Assembly (NCBI RefSeq): GCF_009914755.1 | Contig: NC_060931.1 | DNA from: the human T2T-CHM13v2.0 reference genome, Homo sapiens | DNA length: 64,000 nucleotides | Strand: one strand, 5' to 3' | Shown here: in pieces, positions 1 to 16,931 of the stretch | Layout: each line of letters begins with the position of its first letter | Position numbering within the stretch: the first letter of the stretch is position 1 | Translations under genes and position numbers: made by a program | Notes under the pieces: model-generated | Told to the model about the DNA's origin: nothing | The model's database searches: none | The model's input: only the letters and a program-made list of their open reading frames with translations

Positions 1-435
1 GTGATAGACTGGATAAAAAAATGTAGTGATTGCTGGCAAGATGGCTGAATATGAACAGCACCAGTCTGCAGCTCCCAGTGAGATCAATGCAGAAGGCGGG
101 TGATTTCTGCATTTCCAACTGAGGTACCCAGTTCATCTCATTGGGACTGGTTGGACAGTGGGTGTAGCCCATGAAGGGTGAGCCAAAGCAGGGTGGGGCA
201 TTGCCTCACACAGGAAGCACAAGGGGTCAGGAAATTTTCTCCCCTACCCAAGGGAAGCTGTGAGGGACTGAGCTGGAGGAACCATGCACACTCTGGCCCA
301 GATACTGTGCTTGAACCACTGTCTTCACGACCTGCGGACCAGGAGATTCCCTCTGGTGCCTACCCCACCAGGGCCCTGGGTTTCAAGCAGAAAACTGGGC
401 AGCCATTTGGGCAGACATTGATCTAGCTGCAGGAG

Positions 436-482
436 TTTTTTGTTTGTTTGTTTGTTTGTTTGTTTGTTTGTTTGTTTGTTTT
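436..482. repeat. (TTTG)~10 microsatellite inside the L1 5'UTR
   Basis: Directly visible tandem TTTG units. Confidence 0.95.
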
Positions 483-1382
483 CCATACCCCAGTAGCGCC
501 TGGAACACCAGCAAGACAGAACCACTTACTCTGGAAATGCGGCTGAAGCCAAGGAGCCAAGTGTTCTGGCTTGGCAGGTCCCACACCCATGGAACCCAGC
601 AAACTAAGATCTACTGGCTTGAAATTCTTGCTGTCAGCACAGTAGCAGTCAGATTGACCTGGGACACTCAGGCTTGGTGGGGGGAGGGGCTTCCACCATT
701 GCTGAGGCTTGAGTAGGCAGTTTTACACTCACAGTGTAAACAAAGCAACCAGGAAGTTTGAACTGGGTGGAGCCCACTGCAGCTCAGCAAGGCTACTGTG
801 GCCACACTGCCAGATTTCCCTTCTCTGGGCAGGGCATCTCTGAAAAAAAGGCAGGAGCTCCAGTCAGGGACTTATAAATGAAACCCCTATATGCCTGGGA
901 GAGAGCACCTGGGGGAAGGGGAGGCTGTGGGCACAGCTTCAGCAGACGTAAACATCCCTGCCTGACGGCTCTGAATAGAGCAGCAGACCTTCCAGCACAG
1001 TGTTCAAGCTCTGCTAAGGGTCAGACTGCCTCCTCAAGTGGGTCCCTGACACCCGTGAATCCTGACTGGGAGACACCTCCCAGTAGGGGCTGAGAGAACC
1101 TCATACAGGAGAGCTCTGGCTGGCATCTGGTGGGTGCCCCTCTGGGATGAAGCTTCCAGAGGAAAGAACAGGCAGCAATCTTTGCTGTTCTGCAGCCTCT
1201 GCTGGTGATACCCAGGCAAACAGGGTCAGGAGTGGACCTCCAACAAACTCCAGCAGACCTGCAGCAGAGGGGCCTGACAGTTAGAAGGAAAACTAACAAA
1301 CAGAAAGGAATAGCACATCCACTCAAAGACCCCATCCAAAGCTCACCAAAATCAAAGACCAAAGGTAGATAAATCCACAAAG

Positions 1383-2399
1383 ATGGGGAGAAACCAGCAC
1401 AAAAAGGCTGAAAATTCCAAAAACCAGAACGCCTCTTCTCCAAAGGATCACAACTCCTTACCAGTAAGGGAACAAAACTGGAAGGAGGATGATTTTGATG
1501 AATTGACAGAAGTAGGCTTTAGAAGGTGGGTAATAACAAACTCCTCTGAGCTAAAGGAGCATGTTCTAACCCAATGCAAGGAAGTTAGGAACCTTGAAAA
1601 AAGGTTAGAGGAATTGCTAACTAGAATAACCAGTTTAGAGAAGAACATAAATGACCCGATGGAGCTGAAAAACACAGCACGAGAACTTCGTGAGGCATAC
1701 ACAAGTATCAATAGTCAAATTGATCAAGCAGAAGAGAGGATATCGGTGATTGAAGATCAAATTAATAAGATAAAGCATGAAGACAAGATTAGAGAAAAAA
1801 GAATAAAAAGGAATGAATAACACCTCCAAGAAATATGGAACTATGAGAAAAGACCAAACCTACATTTGATTGGTATGCCTGAAAGTGACAGGAAGAATGG
1901 AACCAAGTTGGAAAACACTCTTCAGGATATTATCCAGGAGACCTTCCCCAACCTAGCAAGACAGGCCAACATTCAAATTCAGGAAATACAGACAACACCA
2001 CAAAGATACTCCTTGAGAAGAGCAACCCCAAGACTCATAATCGTCAGATTCACCAAGGTTGAAATGAAGGAAAAATGTTAAGGGCAGCCAGAGAGAAAGG
2101 TTGGGTTACCTACAAAGGGAAGCCCATCAGACTAACAGCAGATATCTCTGCAGAAATCCTACAAGCCAGAAGAGAGTGGGGGCCAATATTCAACATTCTT
2201 AAAGAAAAGAATTTCAACCCAGAATTTCATATCCAGCTAAACTAAGCTTTATAAGTGAAGGAGAAATGAAATCCTTTACAGACAAGCAGATGCTGATTTT
2301 GTCACCACTAGGCCTGCCTTAGAAGAGCTCCTGAAGGAAGCACTAAACATGGAAAGGAATAACCGGTACCAGCCACTGCAAAATCATACCAAATTGTAA
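1383..2399 (+). pseudogene. L1 ORF1p remnant (RNA-binding chaperone), disrupted
   Basis: ORFs 1383-1820 and 1866-2081 translate to ORF1p coiled-coil and RRM segments. There is a premature TAA at 1818-1820 and a frameshift near 2070. Confidence 0.93.
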
Positions 2400-2462
2400 A
2401 AAATATCAACACTATGAAGAAACTGCATGAACTAACAGGCAAAACAACCAGCTAGCATCATA

Positions 2463-6257
<3,795 letters not shown>

Positions 6258-6470
6258 ACAAGGAGAACACATGGACCCCGGGAGAGGAACATCACACACT
6301 GGGCCCTGTTGGCGGGTGGGGGTGCTGCGGAAGGATAGCATTAGGAGAAATACCTAATGTAGGTAACGGGTTGATGGGTGCAGCAAACCACCATGGCACA
6401 TGTATACCTATGTAACAAAACTGCACCTTCTGCACATGTACCCCAGAACTTAAAGTATACTTTAAAAAAA

Positions 6471-6863
6471 AAGAAAATGTGGTACATATACAACATGGAA
6501 TACTATGCAGACATAAAAAGGAATGAGACCATGTCCTTTGCAGGGACATGGATGGAGCTGGAAGCCACTATCCTCAGCAAACTAACACAGGAACAGAAAA
6601 CCAAAGATGGCATAGTTGTCACTTATAAGTGAGAGCTGAACAATGAGAACACATGGACACAGGGAGGGGAACAACACATATTGGGGCCTGTCAGGGGGCG
6701 AGCAGAGGGAGAGCAACAGGATAAATAGTTGATGTATGCTGGGATTAATACCTAGGTGATGGGTTGATAGGTGCAGCAAACCACCATGGCACACATTTAC
6801 CTATGTAGCAAACCTGCATCTCCTGCACATGTATCCCAGCATTTAAAACAAAATAAAATAAAA
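6471..6863 (+). mobile_element. 3' end of an older L1PA (L1PA10-13-like), host of the full-length L1; its upstream part continues at 1-27
   Basis: Bases 1-27 (GATAGACTGGATAAA..ATGT) join seamlessly to 6484 onward (ACATATACAACATGGAATAC). The 3'UTR reads TAATACCTAGGTGATGGGTTGATAGGTGCAGC and ends in an A-rich tail. Confidence 0.85.
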
Positions 6864-8560
6864 CAATCTTATAATGAATGTAGAGCCACAAAAGACCCTG
6901 GATACACAATGAAATCCTGAGCCAAAAGAACAAAGCTGGAGGCATCACCCTACCTGACTTCAAAATATACTACAAAGCTATAGTAACCAAAGCAGCATGG
7001 TATTCGTATTAAAACAGACATATAGACCAATGAAACAGAATAGAGAACCCAGAAATAAATCCACATGTTTACAGCCAACTGATTTTTGACAAAGGCAGCA
7101 AGAACATCCACTGGGAAAAGGACATTATCTTCAATAAACGGTGCTGAAAAAACTATATATCCATATTAGGAAAATAAACTAGACCCCCCCCATCTCTCAC
7201 CAAATACAAAAATTGACTCAAAATGAATTAAAGACTTAAATGTAAGATCACAAACTGTGAAATTACTAGAAGAAAACGTAGAGAAAACACTTCAGAAAAT
7301 TGGTCTGAGCAAAGATTTTATGGAAAAGACCTCAAAATCACAGTCAACAAAAGCAAAAATATACATATAGTATTATATCAAATTAAAAAGCTTCTGCATA
7401 GCAAAAGAAATAACTGACAGAGTGAAGCAACAACCTGCAGAATAGAAGAAAACATCTGCAAACTATTCATTCAAGGGAATGATATCCAGAACATGCAAGG
7501 AACTCAAACAACTCAACAGAAAAAATAATAAACCAATTCTAAAATAAGCAATTGATCTGAACAGACAATTCTTAAAAGAAGACATAAAAATGACAAGAAC
7601 TATATTAAAAATGCTCAACATCACTAATCATTAGGTAAATGCAAATCAAAACCACAGTGAGGTATCATCTCCCCCAGGTAGAATGGCTATTATCAAAAAG
7701 ACAAAAAAATAATAAATTCTGGTGAGGATGCAAAGAGAAAGAAACTCTTATACACTGTTTGGGGAGTGTAATTAGTAAAGCAATTATGGAAAACAGTACG
7801 GAGGTTCCTCAAAAAATTAAAAACAGAACTCCCATATGATCTTGCAATTCAACTACTAGGCATATATCCAGAGGAAAGGAAATCATTATGTGAAGAGATA
7901 TCTATCTGCACTCCCATGATTACTGCAGCACTATTCACAATAGCTAAGACGTGTGATTAACCTAAGTGTCCACCAACAGATGAACGAAGAAAATGTAGTA
8001 TATATACAAAATGGAATACAATTCAGTCATAAAAAATAAATACAATCCTGTCATTGGCAGTAATATAGATGAGCCTAGAGGACATTATGTTAATTTAAAC
8101 AAGCCAGGCACAGAAAGACAAAACAGCATGATCTCACTCATGTGAAGAAGCTAAAAAAGTTGATATCAGAGAAGTAGAAAGTAAAATTGCTGAGAAGGGT
8201 AGGGAGGAGGAAGTAGAGGGAAAAGTCAGCAAATAAAAAAATTCAGCTGGGAAGGAGGAATACATTCTAGTGGTCTATAGTACTGTAGGGTGACTATAGT
8301 TACAATAATTTATTGTATTTTCAAACAGCTAGAAGAGAGAATTTTAATGTGCCCCACACAAAGAAATGATAAATGTTTGAGGTGGTAAATATGCTCCTTA
8401 CCTTGATTTGCTCATTCAGATTTTATATATATGTGTGTGTGTGCATGTGTGTATGTGTGTGTATATATGTATGTGTATATATATGTATATATATATATAT
8501 AAATATCACTCTTTACCCCATAAATATGTACAATTATGATGTCAATTAAGAACAAAAAAA
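6864..8560 (+). mobile_element. Old L1MA-type LINE-1, ORF2 3' part and 3'UTR
   Basis: Degenerate ORF2 sequence (AAGAACAAAGCTGGAGGCATCACCCTACCTGACTTC) and an L1MA-like terminus TACCCCATAAATATGTACAATTA plus A tail. Confidence 0.85.
8424..8501. repeat. Compound (TA)n/(TG)n microsatellite
   Basis: Directly visible. Confidence 0.9.
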
Positions 8561-9065
8561 CTCATTTTGTCCTTGTTCATCTTTTCTATAATAGTTATTT
8601 TAAAGTGTATGTTTTATACAGACAAACTCCACAGTCCCCAGTGCTCAGTAAATGTCTCATGTGGAAAGCAGTTTTGTGTTTTGGGCTCCATTGGATTCAA
8701 ATCCATCGTGTCAGCACTTGTCACCAAAAGCTCCATGGAATTCTCTTTCTTCCACTACAGGCCCTCCACCTAGGCTAAATTGATCCTCAGCCTATAATCT
8801 CTAATATAAGACTGAGAAAACACTCTCATGGAAGAAAACTGCCAGTGATCTCAGCTACCCTCAGAAGGACTCTTCCCTGCATGGAGTTTTAGTTTATCTA
8901 GTCCTCTTTGCTTTCACAGATCTCTGATGTTTTCAAAAATATGATTGTTTTGTAATTTATCCACTATTTTCTAGTTGTTGCAGCAGGAGCAACCCACCAT
9001 ATTCTATCTAGAAATGGAAGTTTTATACTCAAGTCCCCACAAGTTATTATAATAGGGGCAAATAG

Positions 9066-9397
9066 TGTTGCAGGACTTTTCCTTAGATCAGCTAAAGACT
9101 GGGTTCTTGTCTGTCCCACGGCCACAAAAATTTAGCCTCGCAGACGATTTAAAGGGTGAGTAGAGCAGGGGTTTTTTGGGTGAAACGGGGAAAAAAAAGG
9201 GAGACAGGGATCCTCCGCAAGGCCAGAATCCCCTGCTAGAGCGCTTCCCGCCAGCAGTTGGAATCCCAGGTTCCACACAGGAAGAGGAGGGGCCAGGCTC
9301 CTCCCTGCTGCAAACATCGTCAACTTCCCGAGGCCCCACCTCAACACACAGGCTGGTTGGAGTTTTTCCAGGGACCCCCTCCCACCTGGCTGTCTCA
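9066..9397 (-). mobile_element. ERV1 solo LTR, MER48-like
   Basis: TG...CA termini (minus strand TGAGACAGCCAGGTGGGA...AAAAGTCCTGCAACA) and a 4-bp TSD ATAG at 9062-9065 and 9398-9401. Confidence 0.8.
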
Positions 9398-9552
9398 ATA
9401 GCACACGCTAGAAAAGCCTCTTTGGAGGAGTTTCTGAACATATCATAGGGCAAGTCAAGGCCTCAAATTCATCTTACAAAACTCAACATACAGTAAATTG
9501 CAAACTGATGTCTCAAACTATAATATGTACAATAGCTAAATGTTGTAGAAAA

Positions 9553-10700
9553 TTCATTCAGAAGATATTTATTCAAGGCCTATTACGTACAAAGCACCAT
9601 ACTAACAACTAGAAGAAGAGAAGAAACAAAAAATATAATATAGTTTCTAATCTCTCAAGACTCTCACTAGAAAATATAAAACAAGAATACTAATAACAAA
9701 TACAATAAGTAATGGATGCTACATTCACTTGGATGAATTTCATTTAACTTATTTATGTGCTTGGAATGGAGTGCTAAATAGACTTGTGGATGCAGGATTA
9801 GGTAGACTTCATGGGGGAGGTGTTATTTGAATTAGAACCAGAAGAAACAGCAGGATTTTGATGGGAAAGACGTTCCAGGTCTCTTGGGAAAAATATTTAC
9901 AAAGCCTCAAAGACTAAAAAAGAAAAAGCATTTCAGGCAGAGTTAGGATTTCATGATTTATCCTGGTTTCACTTTAAAAACATCAGGACCATCTGGGAAG
10001 CTTGAAAACATACCAATACATGCCCCTCCACCTCCTCATCATGACCAGTTAGAATCTCTGGAAATGCGGCCCACATATTTTTATTTTTTTAATCTCCCCC
10101 AAAAATTATGATGCACAGTAAGAGTTGAAAACTACTAGTCTCCAATATAAGAAAAATAGAAAAATTACACTGATATTATAGGGCTTTTGTCAAAAAGTAG
10201 ACAATCTTGAGTGCTAGGTTGAAATGTAAGTGCTTTATTGAGTTAGTAAAGGAAAGCCACTAAATTAAGCCATACAATAAACCTAGTGGCAGAGTGCCAG
10301 ACCATTGGTGGGTGGGGGGACTAGAAGTAGGGAGACCAATTAGCTATTAAAAGACATTGTAAGGACTTAAACTTTAGAGGAGGGGGTGGTTTACAGAAGC
10401 AATAAAAAGAAGGGAACATATTAAATAGATAAGAAATTGATAAGGCAGAATAGATAGGATTAAGAACTAACTGAATATAAGCAAAGCAAGAGAAAATAGC
10501 CAGTGAATGACAGCCTCCAGATTTCAAGGCCAGTTACTAATTTACCTATGCTACTATTAACACAACTGGGAGGTTGAGAGGAAAACCTAGGGTTACCATG
10601 CGGAGGAAATATGGCATATTATGTTTTAGGAACTTGGGGATTTGGGTGGAAATGTCCAGGAGACATCTAGAAATTTCAAAGAAATTAAAGATAAAAATAC
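9553..10700 (-). mobile_element. Degenerate L2 fragments
   Basis: TTCATTCAGAAGATATTTATTCAAGGCCTA resembles the reverse complement of the L2 3' end. Purine-rich L2-like body follows. Confidence 0.5.
9962..10140. mobile_element. MER5A-like hAT-Charlie DNA transposon relic
   Basis: AGAATCTCTGG and TGATGCACAGTAAGAGTTGAAAACTACT motifs. Confidence 0.55.
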
Positions 10701-11241
10701 AAGTATGAGAGATATTTACTAGAGGTATTCATTGAAAATATGGTTAAAATTGGATATAGGAATGGAAGGGAATGGAAAAGCAAGTCCAGAGAGGTTGTGC
10801 TCCTCTCTTCTCATCTACTTGCTTCTTTACCCCATCAATTCTTCTTCCACACTCTGCTGTAGTGTACTAGCTAATAGTCCCTACCTGCCCTTCCAACCAG
10901 GAGCAGGCTTGGGAAGGAGTAACTATAAAGGCAGCAATCAAGTCTGTAACTTCAAGAAAAAAGTGAAGAATGAAGATAAGGGACAGAAGGGCATACCAAG
11001 TAACAAGAGATGAAAGAATACGTTTTATGCCCCCAGGGTCACCCAACTGAGGTGGTCATATCTAAGTTAAAATGTATATGTAATGAAACATTCATAATTT
11101 GAGCTAGATGAGAGATTGTCCATATATTTCAAATAATTTTGTCTAAGAGAAGTCTAGTATCTTAGAAGTGAGACATGAGTCTTAGAAGTGGGTGTTTTTT
11201 TATTTATACTTTTTTATCTAAGTTTTATATAATCAATATAC

Positions 11242-11530
11242 TTTTTTGAGACAGGGCCTTGCTCTGTCACATAGGCTGGCATGCAATGGCACAACCATAG
11301 CCCACTGCAGCCTCAAACTCTGGGTTCAAGCAATCCTCCCACCCCAGCCTCCCAAGTAGCTAGGACTACAGATGAGTGCCACCACAACCAAGCTAATTTT
11401 TTTTAATTTTATGTACAGATGGGGTCTTGCTATGTTGCCCAGGCTGTTCTCAAACTCCTGGTCTCAAGCAATCCTCCCATCTCAACCACCCAAAGCACTG
11501 GGCTTACAGGTGTGAGCCACCACGGCTGAC
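11242..11530 (-). mobile_element. Alu (AluJ-like)
   Basis: Reverse-complement dimeric Alu with CAAGCAATCCTCCC in both arms. Confidence 0.9.
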
Positions 11531-14500
11531 TCATCTTTTTTTTTTTTAGCTAGAAATATCTATACCGTTTTGCATTCACTTCCCTTCCCATTCTGAACCA
11601 CCCTTCCAAAAAACTTTTTTACAATATTGGATAGAATGCTCTGCTGTATGTCATTGCCTAAAATCAGCCTACCAGCAGGGAATTCAGCAAAGAGAATAAC
11701 AATTCTGCTTAACAGAATCCAGACGGACACATGATCAGGAAAACAGATAAAACATTTCAGGGCTGGGGATAACTTAAGTGTTATTGAGTAATAAAATAAT
11801 GTTTCTAGCTAATCATCTTAGCTTTTCTTATGTCTGAAGAATAGCTTCATGTACAATGGTGACATTTAACACAAGAAAGAATCTCCAAAGATCACCTACT
11901 TTTAAGCAATTAAACATCTAAGCCATCCAGGACAAAAAGTAGTCTGAGCTCTACATCTTCCCTTGACAGCCCATCCATTGTTCTGGAGTTATGATAGTGA
12001 TAAATTTCATACTATATATTTGATTGCAAAATTGATACTACAGGGACAAGGAAAGGAGAGACATTTCAAGTTAAGTCAAATCTATGTCTCAGTCACTATC
12101 CTGCTGAGAAGACAAAATCATATCCAAACCATATCATGTACTCCTAAATTCTGAGAAAGCTTGATTTAGAAGCATGGTATGAAAAAATTTCTTACTACAA
12201 GATCATACCTGGAAGACACCTAGAGGTGTCCAAATTCTCAAAAAGAAGTAAAATGTAAAGTTGAACAGTCCTTTGGGGTATCCAATTATTGCCAGATATC
12301 CAGTATTGCCAATTGGAGAGGCAGCCATTTTCTTTTTACATCTAAACTGAATAGACTTACTCTCCTATGAATAGACTTACCTTCAAAAGGCAAACACACA
12401 TCATCAAATGAAATACACAAGCTACTTATCCATTTCTTTCTCTTGTGGAACAAAATTATAAATTGTAAGGATACCCTTGATTATCAAATTCCCATTCTTG
12501 TGGAGTAAAGCCAAATCTTTACTATGAGCATGGGCAGATCAGACATCGCTTGAAAACGTAGTCAAATTTTGCAAAAGCCTGCATTCAAAGTGACACTGCA
12601 TAATGGATATGTTTGCTCTTCTTTGGAAATTCAAAGTTGAGCTCTGTTGCTGGCAAAGAGTAACAGAGACCAAGCATTAAATAATGAAGCCACATATCAA
12701 CATCATTCATAATTTAAGGCTAGAAAATTTACCTCATTTGTAAGTTGCAATTAACTGGCTATATCTTAATAGTTGAATAAGAGCAAAGCCACATAACTAT
12801 TACCCTTTCATTACTAATTGGGGATTAAGGTTACTTATGACACATCATTCTGTGTTCCCCAACAGTTCGGATGAAATCACCACTGCTTTAATGCAAGATA
12901 TTAAATAGATGACTGGTACTTGGAAAACTTTCTAAGTTTAGTTTGTAACTGACATGTGGTTCTTTGGGAGATTTGCCCTCTAAAAGTCCAATAATGAATC
13001 ATGTCCTCACAAGCATTTGCTTTTTTAATAAGCATTAATTGTTTATCAATGCTAATAATTAATCATTTTTTCCCTTTAATAATATTGCTATTGATTGCAG
13101 ACTAGGAATGTCACAGATTCCATAATGGTTTACAGAGTATACATAAATACATGAAATCAAAGCAGTTATGATTTCATTATTTAGGTATCCATGTGGGAAA
13201 AGGCAAAAAGATCTCAGCTATTAAAAGTGCTGATGTAGTTCACATTTGTATTTTCCTAACAAACATCTAGTCCCTTCATATTTCTTACATTAGCAACTTG
13301 GAGGATACAGAGGTGCCCTTCAGAGTGTCTCCACATATCATTATCATTTCTCATGATATTCAAAGGACCAGTTCTAAGGCTGTCTCTCCAAAGTGTTGAG
13401 AGATTGGCTTATTTTCAATCCAAGAATGCATAATGATAGGAGTTACATGGAACTGCCTTATCTAACATTCCTAATAATATACCACAAACTATTTAGCTAA
13501 GATTTGTTGACTTGTCTTCTTGACAAGTCAACACAGCTCAAAGTTCAAGTCACCAAAACAGTACCAGCCATTCAATTCAAAGCAGTATTCAACACTTCCA
13601 GGTGTAACGTATGACCAGATCATTCTACCATATTTAATACAATATGATTAACTTCATTTGTGCCTGCCAATCTAGAAGAGGCAGGCAGGAGCCTGTGAAG
13701 GATCTTAAGTGAACTCTCAGCCACACTCCCCATAAGTCTGCTCATATATTTAGATAGCTGTGCAGATGGACATATCATAAAATGTGCTCATGATGTGAAA
13801 ATTTGCCAAAAGGAACAAGCAAGTCCTAACTTCAGCTTCAAGACAAAGGTAGGAATGTGGATATGATCCAGGGCAATGCAGTGCTGAGCAGACAGAGTGG
13901 AGAGACATTTAATGATTCATCTAACCAGTTGGCGTTCAGGAGGGTTGTAAAGGCACCAGCCCCTGGCACACTTGAATAGTTGTTTCCCACCCCGTCAGCA
14001 CTGCAGGCATTGAGACACGAAAGCACAAAGCAGAGAGTGAGAGAGTGGGCAAGTAAGACAAGAGGATAATTGTGATGTTATTTGGCCTCTACCTTATTCT
14101 GTTCCCCTGAGGTTAGAGAAATTGTTTCCTTGAACTACATAAGCTCATTTCCTTAAAGTATATCAAGAATATGATATTGCATTTTTTGGAGTCAAGTGAA
14201 ACTCTTTTCAACAAATTTTTATGCCAGAATTTTCTAAAGTTCCATCCCAGTGCATCATCCTAAAAATAGATAAAAGTCTCTTTGTATGAAAATACTGTTT
14301 AATGAATTATCACCCAGTAAAAACATTTGCTGGTTTTTTCTGATCACTTTATCAGCAGTGTAAGCACCAAGGAGTGACTTGAGAACTTCCTGCATATACA
14401 CACATTGTCTAGTAGCCCCTTCCAGTCCACCCCAAATAATGCTAAGTAAAATCACTGAACTGGTTACTGAAATATGGCTACAAGAAATCCCTTGTTCCCT

Positions 14501-14642
14501 CTTCCTGTCTGACCATCCATCCCAATTATGTCCTATATGGAAATCCTGGAATCCAGAAAAAATAATGCCTTCTTTTTCTTCTTTCTCTCCTCTTACCAAC
14601 TCCATCTTTCTTAAAAGTTTCTCATTCCAAATAGAAAACCCT

Positions 14643-14958
<316 letters not shown>

Positions 14959-16613
14959 TTAATGTCTCTCTAAGTCTCTGCTATAAAGTGGTAGGCATTA
15001 GTATAGAAAGAAAAAATTAGTTTAGTTTTTTAGTGGCTATATCCCTAAACCTCAATTAACATCGTCTTCCTTCCTTTTTCTTAGTATCCATCCTTGAAGA
15101 GCAAGATGCAATATAAAATTTCCATTACTGTTACTAATGCATCACATAGTGACTCTAAGGTTGTAATTAGTTGGTAGAAAATAAAAATATACTTATCAGG
15201 ATGGGTCACCATGATCGTACTAATGCCCAATATTTCAAAAGTGAGACCATAGTTCTAAGTATTTTTCAGATGTTGTCTCCTGTTTGTAGCTTTACCTGGT
15301 CCCAGTGCCCTGGCAAAATGAATCACCTCTGTGTCCTGATAGCACTTTATTTGTACCATTAATATATCATTTTATACATTCTATTGGCGTTCATTATCAA
15401 TATGTTATGGTTTTTTCTAGATCATGACCTACTTGAAAGCAAAATCCATTGCATATTTATCTTTTTATGTTCACCTTGTCACACAAAGTTTATCAACACA
15501 GAAGTTAGCAAAAATGTGTTGTGTGAATGAATAAAATAAATGAAAACAATCGCTTATAGAAGGAACCTCTATACTAAATTTGACAATCTAGGCAACAAGT
15601 TGTCTTTTGAAAGGAGGGGTAGGGTGGGATTTAATTTAACTAAAAAGCTGAGATAATTAAAATCAAACATGAAGAAAATGGAGAAAATAAATACCAATTT
15701 TTTTCAAAATCACTATGCAAGATCAGCATTGTGCATGAATTGAACTCATGTATGGTGACACATTGTCTATTTAAAGGTATTCATCATGACGGTGATAACT
15801 CTGAAAGTCTGGGTCTGGGAGCATGTGGCCTAAGGCTTGAGCCTGGAAAAGTGAACTAACTTGAGCCAACAGGTACAATGAACTAGAAGAATCCATAATA
15901 GTCCATCTGCCATGCGGGTTTCATATGTCAATGAGCCCCTTGGACATGGTGAGGACCCACTGAGAAGAAATGAGAACCTAGTGGACTTCTCAAGTTAAGT
16001 CAGTCTCCTAGGTAAGAAGTACCTATTCCCATTTTGGTTCTTCCTCCAGCCTCCAGCATTTGAATCCAAATGACAATTCACAAAGCCAAGAGTGATTTCC
16101 TGGCAGGGAAGAAAGAAGGTGGCCCTACCATGGGAGCCATAAAGCATGAGAATCACCTCAATTAGGTAAGTGTGGGAAACAGACCTGACCTGGACAAAGG
16201 GGTATTCTGAAAAGCCACCTGAATCCAAGAAATGGCACTAACTAAAACAACCAGATCTGGATTTCAAAACATGTATTGTGCAGATAACTCATAAACTCTT
16301 TTTATTTATAAACTTTGATTTGCTCTTGCTTTTGTTATTTGAGGATTGATTTGTGTGTGATTAAATTAAAGCATTTCTATACTGTATCATCAAAAAAGAA
16401 GAACTTCAGGAAAATCTCTATTGGTCAAAATTGGTCCTTCAGGATCTGAAAACTAGTTCCTCAGAAGAGAAGACCTAAGGCCTACTCTTGAAGCCAAGGG
16501 TGTAGAACATACCTCTTTGTTTGCTTGGCTCCATTCCAGTTACTTTAATGAGCTGATGCTCTCATGTTGGCCCCTTCTGCCATCCTCCAATATTTGAATT
16601 CAAATGAAGGATC

Positions 16614-16931
<318 letters not shown>

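Noticed and set aside
1021-1443. 140-aa antisense ORF in the L1 5'UTR
   Set aside because: Common antisense reading of L1 5'UTR sequence with no independent coding evidence.
16592-16605. 14-bp palindrome ATTTGAATTCAAAT
   Set aside because: 7-bp AT-rich arms are expected by chance in 64 kb.
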